DNA of 64,000 nt. Source: Candidatus Eiseniibacteriota bacterium. Its GTDB lineage: Bacteria > Eisenbacteria > RBG-16-71-46 > DASYSL01. This document shows, in pieces, positions 43,545 to 52,045 of the stretch (position 1 is the stretch's first letter; each line of letters starts with the position of its first letter). The notes beneath the pieces are model-generated. The model ran no database searches. It saw nothing but the letters and a program-made list of their open reading frames with translations, and had not been told where the DNA came from. Where the stretch lies: NCBI GenBank assembly GCA_046598045.1, contig JBKJJJ010000174.1:1-64000 (forward strand), written 5' to 3'. The position numbers and the translations under genes are program-made.

Positions 43545-44921
43545 TCAGGGCGCGTGAAATGTCGGCTTCCCCGGCGTGCCCTCGTTGGTGGCGACCTGCG
43601 GCAGCCTCTCGGGGCCGTCGTCGGCGTCCACCCAGCGCACGCCCTTGGAGCACGGGCAGACCGAGTCGGTCTTGCGCTTCAGCACGGGCGACTTCATCGC
43701 GGCCTGCTCGCTCGTCACCTCGCCGGCCGCGACCTTCCGGATCAGGTCCCGGTACTGCATCATGTCCTTGCTCGCGAGGTATGCCGCCGGCAGCACGCGC
43801 GCGAGGTGGCGGACGTACTCCTCGACGTCGGCAATCGGGTCGCCCTCGACCGACACCATGCGGTACGCCGGCTCGCCGCGGCGGCGAAAGAACTCGCGGT
43901 GCGGCATCTTGAGGATCTCGTCGTAGGTCGTGCCCTCGATCGTGGAACGCTCGCGCAGCAGCGTGGCGAGCATGCGCTCGATGTCGTCCGGCGACTTCGA
44001 CGCGTAGCGCGCGCGCAGGAAGCGCAGGTTGAGGTCGTGCAGCAGCTTCTTGACCTCGTCGTAGTACTTCGATTGCGCCTCGCGGTTCTTCATGTCCTTG
44101 AAGCCGAGCTTGATGTTGGTGTCGCCGCCGCGCTCGTCGCCGAACATCTCGAGCCCGCGCGGTACCCACTTGTTGATCGCCATCTGGATCTGCTCGGGCG
44201 TGATGAACGCGTCGCCCTGGGCGGCGGCCTCGAGCCAGCGCCGCATGGGCACCACGCCGGCCGCGAGGTGGAACGCCTCCTCGCGCAGCATCGGCGGCAT
44301 CGACTGGGCGAACGGGCGGTAGGCGCAAACCTTCTGCATCGAGAGCTGGTACTTGCCCACGCGGTCGATGATGCCCGAGAACACCACGTTGTCGACGAAC
44401 GAGTCGTAGGGGAGGTTGAACGCCTCGAGCACGTGGCTGCCGGTCTCCATCTGCAGCACGTCCTCGACCATGTCCTCGGTCTTGACGCCGGCGAGCTTCT
44501 CCCAGTTGCGGCTCGTGAGCATGTGGAACATCTGGTAGCCGTGGCGCAGTTCCTCGGCCATGACGCGCAGCACCCAGAACTTGTCCTGGTCCGACGGCGA
44601 GCGCTCGAGCGTCACCTGGTGCTGCTGGATCGAGCCGAACTCGGTCGAGGCCTGGGCGCGGATGATCGCGAGCAGGTGCTTCGCCGCGTCCTCGGTCAGC
44701 TCGCTCGGGTCTTCGGCCTTGGGCTGGCCCTGGTGCTCGCCGATCTCCTGCGTGCGCGACGTCGAGAGGTCGAGCTTGGCGCACAGACAGAACGCATCGT
44801 CGGCGGGGAAGTGCTTGTCCCAGTACTTGTGCAGGATCGGCAGGTCCTGGAAGTTGTGCTTCACCCAATGCGCGATCGCGTCTTCGTACTTCTTGGGAAT
44901 CTGCGTGGTCTCGACGTTCAT
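43545..44921 (-). CDS. Ferritin-like diiron aryl-CoA epoxidase, divergent BoxB/PaaA-like
   Basis: QASTE, EELRH, LEAFN, IDRVGKYQL, EEAFH match the E/ExxH/D/ExxH ligand order of BoxB. Confidence 0.8.
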   Translation of the reverse strand: MNVETTQIPKKYEDAIAHWVKHNFQDLPILHKYWDKHFPADDAFCLCAKLDLSTSRTQEIGEHQGQPKAEDPSELTEDAAKHLLAIIRAQASTEFGSIQQHQVTLERSPSDQDKFWVLRVMAEELRHGYQMFHMLTSRNWEKLAGVKTEDMVEDVLQMETGSHVLEAFNLPYDSFVDNVVFSGIIDRVGKYQLSMQKVCAYRPFAQSMPPMLREEAFHLAAGVVPMRRWLEAAAQGDAFITPEQIQMAINKWVPRGLEMFGDERGGDTNIKLGFKDMKNREAQSKYYDEVKKLLHDLNLRFLRARYASKSPDDIERMLATLLRERSTIEGTTYDEILKMPHREFFRRRGEPAYRMVSVEGDPIADVEEYVRHLARVLPAAYLASKDMMQYRDLIRKVAAGEVTSEQAAMKSPVLKRKTDSVCPCSKGVRWVDADDGPERLPQVATNEGTPGKPTFHAP

Positions 44922-44930
44922 CGCGCTCCC

Positions 44931-45383
44931 CTAGCCCAGTTTCTGTTCCAGCGCCGTGAGCGCGCTGGGTCCGAACCCGACCGCCTTGAGGAAGGTCGCG
45001 GTGTCGGTCTGCCCGGCGTCCACGAACGTGCGCATCGTGCGCGCGCCCGACGCCTTGAAGTGCCCGGCGAGCGCGTCGAACATCATGCGCCCGATGCCCT
45101 TGCCGCGCGCCGCCGGGTCGACCCCGAAGCGCTCGATCCAGCCGCTGGTCTCCTCCAGCCCGAATTCGCCGCCGCGCAGGTCGCCGAGCATGAAGCCCAC
45201 GACCTCGCCGCCCAGGTCGGCGACCCGGGAGGACTCGGGGTCGCGCCGCAGGTAGTAGGCCACCCGGTCCTCCCAGAAATCGGGGCGATAGCGCCCGGTG
45301 ACCTTCTCGTCGATCCGGGTGATTGCGTCGATGTCCGTGTCGGACAGCGGACGAATCGTGATTTCGGGGGCCACGGCCGCCAT
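44931..45383 (-). CDS. GNAT family N-acetyltransferase
   Basis: VVGFMLGDLRGGEFG, GVDPAARGKGIG acetyl-CoA motif; ATG after AAGGAGG. Confidence 0.9.
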   Translation of the reverse strand: MAAVAPEITIRPLSDTDIDAITRIDEKVTGRYRPDFWEDRVAYYLRRDPESSRVADLGGEVVGFMLGDLRGGEFGLEETSGWIERFGVDPAARGKGIGRMMFDALAGHFKASGARTMRTFVDAGQTDTATFLKAVGFGPSALTALEQKLG

Positions 45384-45612
45384 GAACGTCCTCCTTGGGG
45401 AGCGCCAGGAACGAGTCCAAAATACCACATTGGGCGGGCTTGCCGCAGCCCCGGGCGGGCCGTGATTCGGCACTTGCGGGGGCGGGGCCGCAATGGCTAA
45501 CGTCGTCTTGACGAGGAGGTGGGTTTTCGGGGGCTCCTCCGCAAGCCACCGAGTGGGGCCCGTACACCGACGGGCCCCGGCCCGCCTCCTTCCTTTTCTC
45601 CGGATCACCCCC

Positions 45613-46419
45613 ATGACCCACGCGCCATCCCCGGATACCGCGAACACGGTTCGCCTCGACGTGCGCGCGCACATCGCGTGGCTGACGATCGATCGCCCAC
45701 CGCTCAACATCCTCGACATCCCGACCAATCGCGCGCTCGCGGCGCAGGTGCGTGCGCTCGCCTCGCGCGACGACGTGCGCGTGGTCGCGCTCCAAGGCGC
45801 CGGGACGCGGGCGTTCTCGGCCGGCGTCGAGATCGCGGACCACACGAAGGAGCGCGTCGGGGCGATGCTCGAGGCGTTTCACGGAGTGTTTCGCGCGCTG
45901 CTCGAACTCGGCCGGCCCACGGTCGCGGTCGTGCGCGGCGCGGCGCTCGGCGGCGGCTGCGAGCTGGTGGCATTCGCCGATGGGGTGATCGCGAGCGAGT
46001 CGGCGACGTTCGGGCTGCCGGAGATCGTGCTCGGGTGTTTCCCACCGGTCGCGGCGCTGGTGCTGCCGGCGGTCGTGGGCGCGCACCACGCCGCCGAGTT
46101 GCTGCTCACCGGGGACCCGATCGACGCGCGCCGGGCGCTCGCGATCGGGCTGGTCAACGAGGTCCTGCCCGACGCCTCGTTCGACGCGGCCGCGGAGGCG
46201 TTCGCCCAACGCTTCGCGCGCCACAGTGGGGCCGCGCTTGCTCTGGCCCACGAGGCGATGCGGCCCGCCGCGCTGGGCGGGCGCTCGCGCGAGGAGTTCC
46301 TGCGCGAGCTGGCCCGGATCGAGGCGCTCTACCTGGAGCGCCTGATGGCGACGCACGACGCGAACGAGGGGATTGCCGCGTGGCGGGAGAAGCGTCTTCC
46401 TACGTGGTTAGATCGCTGA
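45613..46419 (+). CDS. Enoyl-CoA hydratase family (cyclohexadienoyl-CoA hydratase-like)
   Basis: RPPLNIL, FSAGVEIADH, LGGGCEL, LPEIVLGCFPP, THDANEGI. Confidence 0.88.
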   Translation: MTHAPSPDTANTVRLDVRAHIAWLTIDRPPLNILDIPTNRALAAQVRALASRDDVRVVALQGAGTRAFSAGVEIADHTKERVGAMLEAFHGVFRALLELGRPTVAVVRGAALGGGCELVAFADGVIASESATFGLPEIVLGCFPPVAALVLPAVVGAHHAAELLLTGDPIDARRALAIGLVNEVLPDASFDAAAEAFAQRFARHSGAALALAHEAMRPAALGGRSREEFLRELARIEALYLERLMATHDANEGIAAWREKRLPTWLDR

Positions 46420-46521
46420 GATCAGCTCGGAGTGTCCTCCTTGGGGCCCGCGTACAATTGCGTTGCAACGTCCGATATCGTTCAGCACAGGGCATTAACC
46501 CCCGGGGCAAGGTAGACACAC

Positions 46522-46549
46522 GGCCACCCCTGCACCCGCAGGGATGGCC
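46522..46549. terminator. Hairpin between convergent genes at island left edge
   Basis: GGCCACCCCTGC-ACCC-GCAGGGATGGCC, 12-bp stem with one mismatch. Confidence 0.5.
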
Positions 46550-46570
46550 GCGCTCACACCACCGCTGCAG

Positions 46571-47167
46571 CTAGCGGTAGTAGCCCTTCACGCTCCCCCA
46601 GCTCGAACGAATCGCCGGAGTTGGATCGAGTCCCCCGAACTCCACGAGCACGAACGTCTTGAGGCAATTGTTCGGCGGGCCGCAGCCCGGGCAATACACG
46701 CCGGAGCGTGCCGTCTCGTACCAGTTGCCGCCCCAGCACACCAGAACGGTCGAGAAGGCGCCGCACGAGACGAACGTGTTCCGGCGGAAGACGATCGCTT
46801 GCCCCGCCTCCGGCCCAGTGGCCCATTTCCAGACGCCCTGATCGAGGACACCTCCCGAGTACACCTCGGAACGCAGTTCGTTGTAGTCGAAGAGCATCTG
46901 CGCTTCCGCCTCGGTGTTGATCGTCGCCGCGTATCCCGGGAAGCCGAGGTAGCTGAGCGATGAGGCGAACTGCGCCGCGGCGTTCCACGAAAACGGCTCG
47001 CCCTCGGCGAGCGTGGCCTCCCACACTTGGTAATAGTGCCCCGTCGCGGGCAGGAACGAAGGGGGCGCGCTTCGCGCGTGCCACGTGTAGGCGTCGGCGG
47101 TCGTGAATGCGAGCATCCCCGCAATGAGAGTGCCGGTACAGAGTCCTGCTCGAACCAATGCGTCCAT
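46571..47167 (-). CDS. Secreted C-type-lectin-like protein with C-terminal SWGxxK motif
   Basis: Signal peptide; TGHYYQ..SWNAA..GYAATINTEAE..WKWATGPE; ends TPAIRSSWGSVKGYYR; ATG after AGGAGG. Confidence 0.72.
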   Translation of the reverse strand: MDALVRAGLCTGTLIAGMLAFTTADAYTWHARSAPPSFLPATGHYYQVWEATLAEGEPFSWNAAAQFASSLSYLGFPGYAATINTEAEAQMLFDYNELRSEVYSGGVLDQGVWKWATGPEAGQAIVFRRNTFVSCGAFSTVLVCWGGNWYETARSGVYCPGCGPPNNCLKTFVLVEFGGLDPTPAIRSSWGSVKGYYR

Positions 47168-47263
47168 GGTGTTTCTCCTCCTGTTGGAATCCGACGGCGG
47201 TGCTGCGGTGGATCACGCCCAATGGGCGCGAGTTGGGGGGAAAGTGGGTGTGGAAGGCGCCCC

Positions 47264-50200
47264 TTACCTAGAGCCCACGGCGACGAACGCGCCCCAGCCC
47301 TTCGGGTGTGTGCTGGCGTGGTTCTTCCGTCGGGACTCGATCATTGCGATCGACGCGCGGCGTGCGGCCTGCGTGAGGTCGCCATGCGCCGGTAGGTAGC
47401 CATTGTAGAACTCGCCGATCCAGATGCGGGTCTGCAGGTCGTCCACCCGCCAGAGGCTCATCACGAGCGAGCGGGCTCCCGCAAGTTGGAATGCGCGGCG
47501 GAGGCCCATCATGCCCTCGCCGGCCATGACGTCCCCAACCCCGCTCTCGCAGGCCGAGAGCACGGCGCACCGCGCCTTCGACAGGTCGAGCGCGCTGATT
47601 TCCTCCGCCGTGAGGATGCCGTCGTCGCCGGTTCCCTGTCCGCGCCGGTTTGCACCGGCGAACACCAAGCCGGACCGACGGAGGGGGTTGGGTTCCTGGC
47701 TCGATGCCGACTCGCGGCGTTGATCGACAACCTGCGGTCCGCTCGATGACGGGCTGCAGTTGTCCCCGAGGAAGAACCCATGACTCGCGACATGGATGTG
47801 TGCGCATCCCACCGCCAGGTGCTTGAAGGCGGTCTCTGTCGCTGCCTTCCCCATGAGTTGGTGCACGTTGCCGCCCCCTGCACGCCGCCAGGCCGCGGTG
47901 GTCTCGTCCGCCTCGACCGCTGTCTGCGCGAGCGGGTGGAACCGCTCGAGCGCGAAGCGAGCGCAGTCGGGCGCCGCGCCTCGGTAGACGCCACGAGATG
48001 AGAGCAAGGCCGGGAACGCCTTGGTCGGCGATTCCGCCGGGGCGGCGCCATCGAAGTCGACGTTGCCGACGACCAGCACCCCGCTCCCCGTGGCCGCCTC
48101 GGTGTTGCGCGCGACGAGGTCGCGCTCGCAGGTCTGAGGCGCAAAGACCGGGCCCGTCTCCTCGAGGTACTTGCCGCCCTCGACGGGCAGAGTCCCAAGG
48201 TTGATCAATTGCAGGGAGCCATCAGGGACGACGTAGAGGACTTTTGGGGATCCGAGAGCGCCGGCGACCGGATCCCACACCGCCTCGCGCAGCCGTCCAG
48301 CCGCGAGCCGGTACGAGGCTTCGCCCGCGGACATCGAAGCCGAGTCCGAGGTGGCCTGCCGGTGCCACTCCGCAACCCTCGAGTCGATCCCGGCGGCGTC
48401 CCCGAGCAGGATGAGCCGGGGAGCGCCGCCCGGCGTCAGGACGAACGCCGCATACGATGCGATGCGACGAGCGATCTCGTGGCGCGCGTCGCCATGCGGC
48501 CCGCGGCGCAGGTACCTCACATAGGAGAGGAGCGCGGTCCCGGGCGGGAGCGTTCTAGAGACCTCGGTGAGTCCGGCGCGGCTGCGCGCGGAATCGAGCG
48601 CGAACCGAGCGCTCAGTCCACCCAGGCGTCGCTCGATCGCCTCGACACTCCGCCTTGCGCTGTCGACACGCGCCTCGAAGTGCTCGATCGTGTCGTCGCC
48701 GGGTCCCTCTTCATGGAGCGTGGCCAGCGCTCCTGATTCGCGCGCCAACTCGGAGGCGACCCGGACCGTGGTGGTGTCCGTGCTGGTCCAGGTCGCGCGC
48801 AGTCGCTCGGAGATTCCGTCGAGCACGAGGCTGCGCGCGCGGATCACCGCGTCCCATGCCGTGACGACGCGGTCGGGCGCATTCGCGAGACTGATCGCCA
48901 GGTCGGTGCCAGATGGGCGAATCGAGGCGTAGTCGAGCGCCTCCCGCTCGGACAATCCTCGCAACGAGACGCGTAGGTGTTCGCGCCCCACGTTCTCGGC
49001 CTCGAGCGCGTAGCGGAACGCGTTAGCCGAATCTCCCATGTCGGCGAGCAGCCCCGAGAGCGCATCGCAGCTCTGCGCATAATCTGGGTGCTCCATGCCC
49101 AGCGTCGCCTTCCGCATCGAGAGCGCCCGTTCGTAGTCCCGGCGCGCGTCCGAGTAGTCGCCCAGGGCGTGCTCGACCTCGCCCAGATTGTCGAGCACGT
49201 GCGCCGTCATGACGTCGTCACCCGGGGACGTCTTGGACCACGCGGCAAGCGCGGTCTGGTAGCGCGTTTTTGCGAGCTCGAGGCTGTCCTGCATGAACGC
49301 GACGTAGCCCAGGTTGTCCCCGACTCGTGCGAGCTCCGGGTGACCCGGCGGATAGGCCTTGATCCAGATTGCCTGCGCGTGCAGGTACAGCGTCTCGGCC
49401 GCTGCGAAGTTGCCGAGCTCGCGCTGCGCGTTGCCCTCGTTGTTGTAGCTGCTCCCAACCGCCGGATGCCCCGGAGGCATGCGCTCGATGAAGATCGCGC
49501 GCGAGCGTTCGTACATCGGGATCGCCTCGGCCTGGTCGCCGAGACGCCGCAGCGTGCCGGCAAGCCCGTGGAGACCCTTGCCGACGTTCATGCCGGTCGG
49601 ACCCTCGAGCTTCTCCCACGTCCTCAGGACGTCCTCGTAACGCGCGCGCGCCTCGACGTACTGGCCGAGGTCGTTCATGAGCACTGCAAGGTTGTAGGTA
49701 TTGCCGGCGACCTCGCCCGGATCCGCGCCGGGCGTCGCACGCCACACCGAGTCGGCCTGCACGTACGCCGCGCGCGCGTTCGTGAAGCCCTGCGACAGGT
49801 AATAGAGCCTCCCGACGCCGTTGAGATTCCGCGCAAGGCCGCTTGCGTCGTTCGAACGTTCACGGATCCGTCGCGCGCCGGTCTGCGCGGCGATCGCAGG
49901 CGGGAAGTCGAAGAGCACTCCGAGCACGCCTGCGAGCTGCTCGAGGCTGGTCGCGAGCTCAGGAGACCCCGGCTGCAGGCGCTGCCGGATCCGGACGCTG
50001 CGTTCGGCCAGCGCGCGCGACGCGGAGTCGCGCACCGAGCTGCGAACGAGCCGGCCCTCGAGGACGAGATCCTGCACGCCAGCCAGCTCGATCGACGCCG
50101 TGTCCGCACGAGACTCGAATTCACCGATGACCTTCTGGCCGAGTGAGTCTGCGGGCGCGAAGCGGCGGGATCGAACCTGCGCGCGGAGCGAGTCGACCTC

Positions 50201-50275
50201 GGCGGGCGACGCAAGTGCGGTCCGGGGCGCCGGGGCGAGCGCCAGGGCAATCGCCAGGATCCATGCGCGCCTCAT
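47264..50275 (-). CDS. Exported TPR-CHAT (caspase-HetF) protease
   Basis: Signal peptide; ~42-aa TPR repeats (GHPAVGSSYNNEG, EHPDYAQS); PDGSLQLI, HVASHGFF and VLSACESG dyad, GLRRAFQLAGA, MSLWRVDD, HP..WGAF. Confidence 0.93.
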   Translation of the reverse strand: MRRAWILAIALALAPAPRTALASPAEVDSLRAQVRSRRFAPADSLGQKVIGEFESRADTASIELAGVQDLVLEGRLVRSSVRDSASRALAERSVRIRQRLQPGSPELATSLEQLAGVLGVLFDFPPAIAAQTGARRIRERSNDASGLARNLNGVGRLYYLSQGFTNARAAYVQADSVWRATPGADPGEVAGNTYNLAVLMNDLGQYVEARARYEDVLRTWEKLEGPTGMNVGKGLHGLAGTLRRLGDQAEAIPMYERSRAIFIERMPPGHPAVGSSYNNEGNAQRELGNFAAAETLYLHAQAIWIKAYPPGHPELARVGDNLGYVAFMQDSLELAKTRYQTALAAWSKTSPGDDVMTAHVLDNLGEVEHALGDYSDARRDYERALSMRKATLGMEHPDYAQSCDALSGLLADMGDSANAFRYALEAENVGREHLRVSLRGLSEREALDYASIRPSGTDLAISLANAPDRVVTAWDAVIRARSLVLDGISERLRATWTSTDTTTVRVASELARESGALATLHEEGPGDDTIEHFEARVDSARRSVEAIERRLGGLSARFALDSARSRAGLTEVSRTLPPGTALLSYVRYLRRGPHGDARHEIARRIASYAAFVLTPGGAPRLILLGDAAGIDSRVAEWHRQATSDSASMSAGEASYRLAAGRLREAVWDPVAGALGSPKVLYVVPDGSLQLINLGTLPVEGGKYLEETGPVFAPQTCERDLVARNTEAATGSGVLVVGNVDFDGAAPAESPTKAFPALLSSRGVYRGAAPDCARFALERFHPLAQTAVEADETTAAWRRAGGGNVHQLMGKAATETAFKHLAVGCAHIHVASHGFFLGDNCSPSSSGPQVVDQRRESASSQEPNPLRRSGLVFAGANRRGQGTGDDGILTAEEISALDLSKARCAVLSACESGVGDVMAGEGMMGLRRAFQLAGARSLVMSLWRVDDLQTRIWIGEFYNGYLPAHGDLTQAARRASIAMIESRRKNHASTHPKGWGAFVAVGSR

Positions 50276-51243
50276 CGTGTGCGCACTGAGAGTTGGAACC
50301 ACGAGTCCTGGAAGTCCTTCGTCGGATTTGCGGCGCTGGCAATCCGGAGCCGGTACAGGCCCGACACGAAGCCGTGCTCGCCGCGCGGGACCGCGATGCG
50401 CGGTGTGTCGGCGAACGAGCTCAACCGATCCTCTCGCCGAACCAGCAGGACGTGACTTGGATCCACAACCGTCACGATCACACGGCCATCGGGATCGAAC
50501 GGGGGCAGGTCGAACTCAACGGGGATCAGGTCGACGCCCGCATGGATCGTGTCGGCCGGGGCGCCCGGCGCGCGATCGGCGGCCGTGCGGATCGGGGTGC
50601 CGACGATCGCGGCGGACAGGTTCGGGGTCGATGGGGTCTCGACGGGAGCCGGCGGCGGGCTCACGGGGGCGGGTGCCGGCGTTCCGTGATCGACCGGCGC
50701 GGGCGCAACCGGCGTACCGGTCGCCGGGCCGCCCGGCGCCGGGCGATTCATCGGGTTCACGACCAGGATCAGCACCGCGGCCGCCGCGGCGACCAGCCCG
50801 CCGAAGGCGCTGCCCGTCCAGAATTCCCGCGATCGCCAGCGCGGCTGCGGCATGGGCACGACACGGGCCGTGTTCTGCGACAATAGGTCGAGCACCTCCC
50901 GGGACGGCTCGAGCCCGGCAACGTGCTTCAATTCGGGCGCGTGCCCGAGGTGCTTCAGGATTGCGCGGCATTCCTCGCACTCCACGAGGTGGCGCCGCGC
51001 GAGCTCGCGCTGGAGCCCGCGCAACGCGGGAGCCTGCTCGCCCCAGTGAATGATGAGTGGTTCGGGCAGGTGCCGCGACGGAGCGGCACCCGAGGCTCGT
51101 GCACGCTCGAGGACCTCGCGGCATTCGTCGCACAAAGCGGCATGCCGCTCGACCCGGTCGTCGTCGGCCGGGTCCAACAGACCCGCCGCGAACGGCGCGA
51201 GTTGACGCCGCGTCCAGTCGTGGTCGTCAGGCGCCGGCGTCAC
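50272..51243 (-). CDS. Membrane-anchored zinc-binding anti-sigma factor (two zf-HC2 motifs)
   Basis: HAALCDEC and HLVECEEC HxxxCxxC motifs, one TM helix, Pro-rich linker, periplasmic beta domain; 4-nt overlaps with sigma and CHAT genes. Confidence 0.85.
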   Translation of the reverse strand: MTPAPDDHDWTRRQLAPFAAGLLDPADDDRVERHAALCDECREVLERARASGAAPSRHLPEPLIIHWGEQAPALRGLQRELARRHLVECEECRAILKHLGHAPELKHVAGLEPSREVLDLLSQNTARVVPMPQPRWRSREFWTGSAFGGLVAAAAAVLILVVNPMNRPAPGGPATGTPVAPAPVDHGTPAPAPVSPPPAPVETPSTPNLSAAIVGTPIRTAADRAPGAPADTIHAGVDLIPVEFDLPPFDPDGRVIVTVVDPSHVLLVRREDRLSSFADTPRIAVPRGEHGFVSGLYRLRIASAANPTKDFQDSWFQLSVRTR

Positions 51244-51806
51244 GCGGACTCCAATCGCGAGCGGAACCACTGACCGAGGGGTCCGTCATCTGACTTGCAG
51301 ATCGTGCGGGCGCGGTCGCGGCAGCGCACGGACCGCTGACGCACGGTCGCGTGACTGAGTCCCAGTTTCTCGGCGACTAATCGCAGGTTGAGCGTGGTGA
51401 GCCAGTGCTCGAACAGTTCCCGGCACTGCCCCCCGAGCGACCGCATGATCTCCTGGATGTAGAACTGCGCGTCCTCGGGGCGTAGCTCGTCGTCGTCGAG
51501 TTCGGGCAGTGGCATGGGCAGGTCCTTCTCCGGCAGCGGCTCTGTTCGAGGGCGCCAACGCATGCGATCGATCGCGACACGCCTGGCGATCTCCACCTCG
51601 AGTGCGACCTGGTTGTCGATCGGCCCGCGCAGGACGGCGCGCATCACCCGGATGCAGGCATCCTGCGCCAGGTCCTCGAGCTCGTCGGGACCCACGAGAC
51701 GTGTCAGGTTCGCCGCGATCACCCGCCTCATACGCGCCCTCGCCTCCTCCCAGTTCACCTGATCGAGCGGGCCGCCGCCTTCGGGCGACCGGTTGTCCAG
51801 GGTCAT
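51240..51806 (-). CDS. ECF RNA polymerase sigma factor
   Basis: LEDLAQDACIRV and IARRVAIDRMR (region 2); L..QCRELF..VAEKLGLSHATVRQRSVRCR (region 4). Confidence 0.85.
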   Translation of the reverse strand: MTLDNRSPEGGGPLDQVNWEEARARMRRVIAANLTRLVGPDELEDLAQDACIRVMRAVLRGPIDNQVALEVEIARRVAIDRMRWRPRTEPLPEKDLPMPLPELDDDELRPEDAQFYIQEIMRSLGGQCRELFEHWLTTLNLRLVAEKLGLSHATVRQRSVRCRDRARTICKSDDGPLGQWFRSRLESA

Positions 51807-51836
51807 ATCGGACCGATCCTCGGGTCTGGGAGTGGA

Positions 51837-51862
51837 GTCGGGCTGCGGGCAGGGGTGTGACA
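51837..51862 (-). promoter_or_regulatory. Putative ECF promoter copy 1 (sigma operon)
   Basis: Minus strand TGTCACA-N15-CGAC(T), 30 nt upstream of the sigma ATG. Confidence 0.65.
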
Positions 51863-51971
51863 ACTCGGCCGTCTAGTATCCGGCAGCGGTCCCCCGGAAT
51901 CAATCCCGTATATTGCCAAGCCTATTCCTGCTAGGGGATTGCCGCCGGCGCGACAAGCTAACAAATTCCCG

Positions 51972-51996
51972 CGTCACACTTGGCCGACCGCTCGAC
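51972..51996 (+). promoter_or_regulatory. Putative ECF promoter copy 2 (acyltransferase-ICMT)
   Basis: CGTCACA-N14-CGAC(C), about 50 nt upstream of ATG 52046. Confidence 0.65.
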
Positions 51997-52045
51997 CTCC
52001 TCCGCGAAGGTCACTGGATCACCGATCCGTCCCGAGGAGCTCGCG

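Noticed and set aside
47264..51806. Type III-E CRISPR Craspase locus
   Set aside because: No cas genes or repeat-spacer array; this CHAT has a signal peptide and the anti-sigma is a zf-HC2 membrane protein, not Csx30
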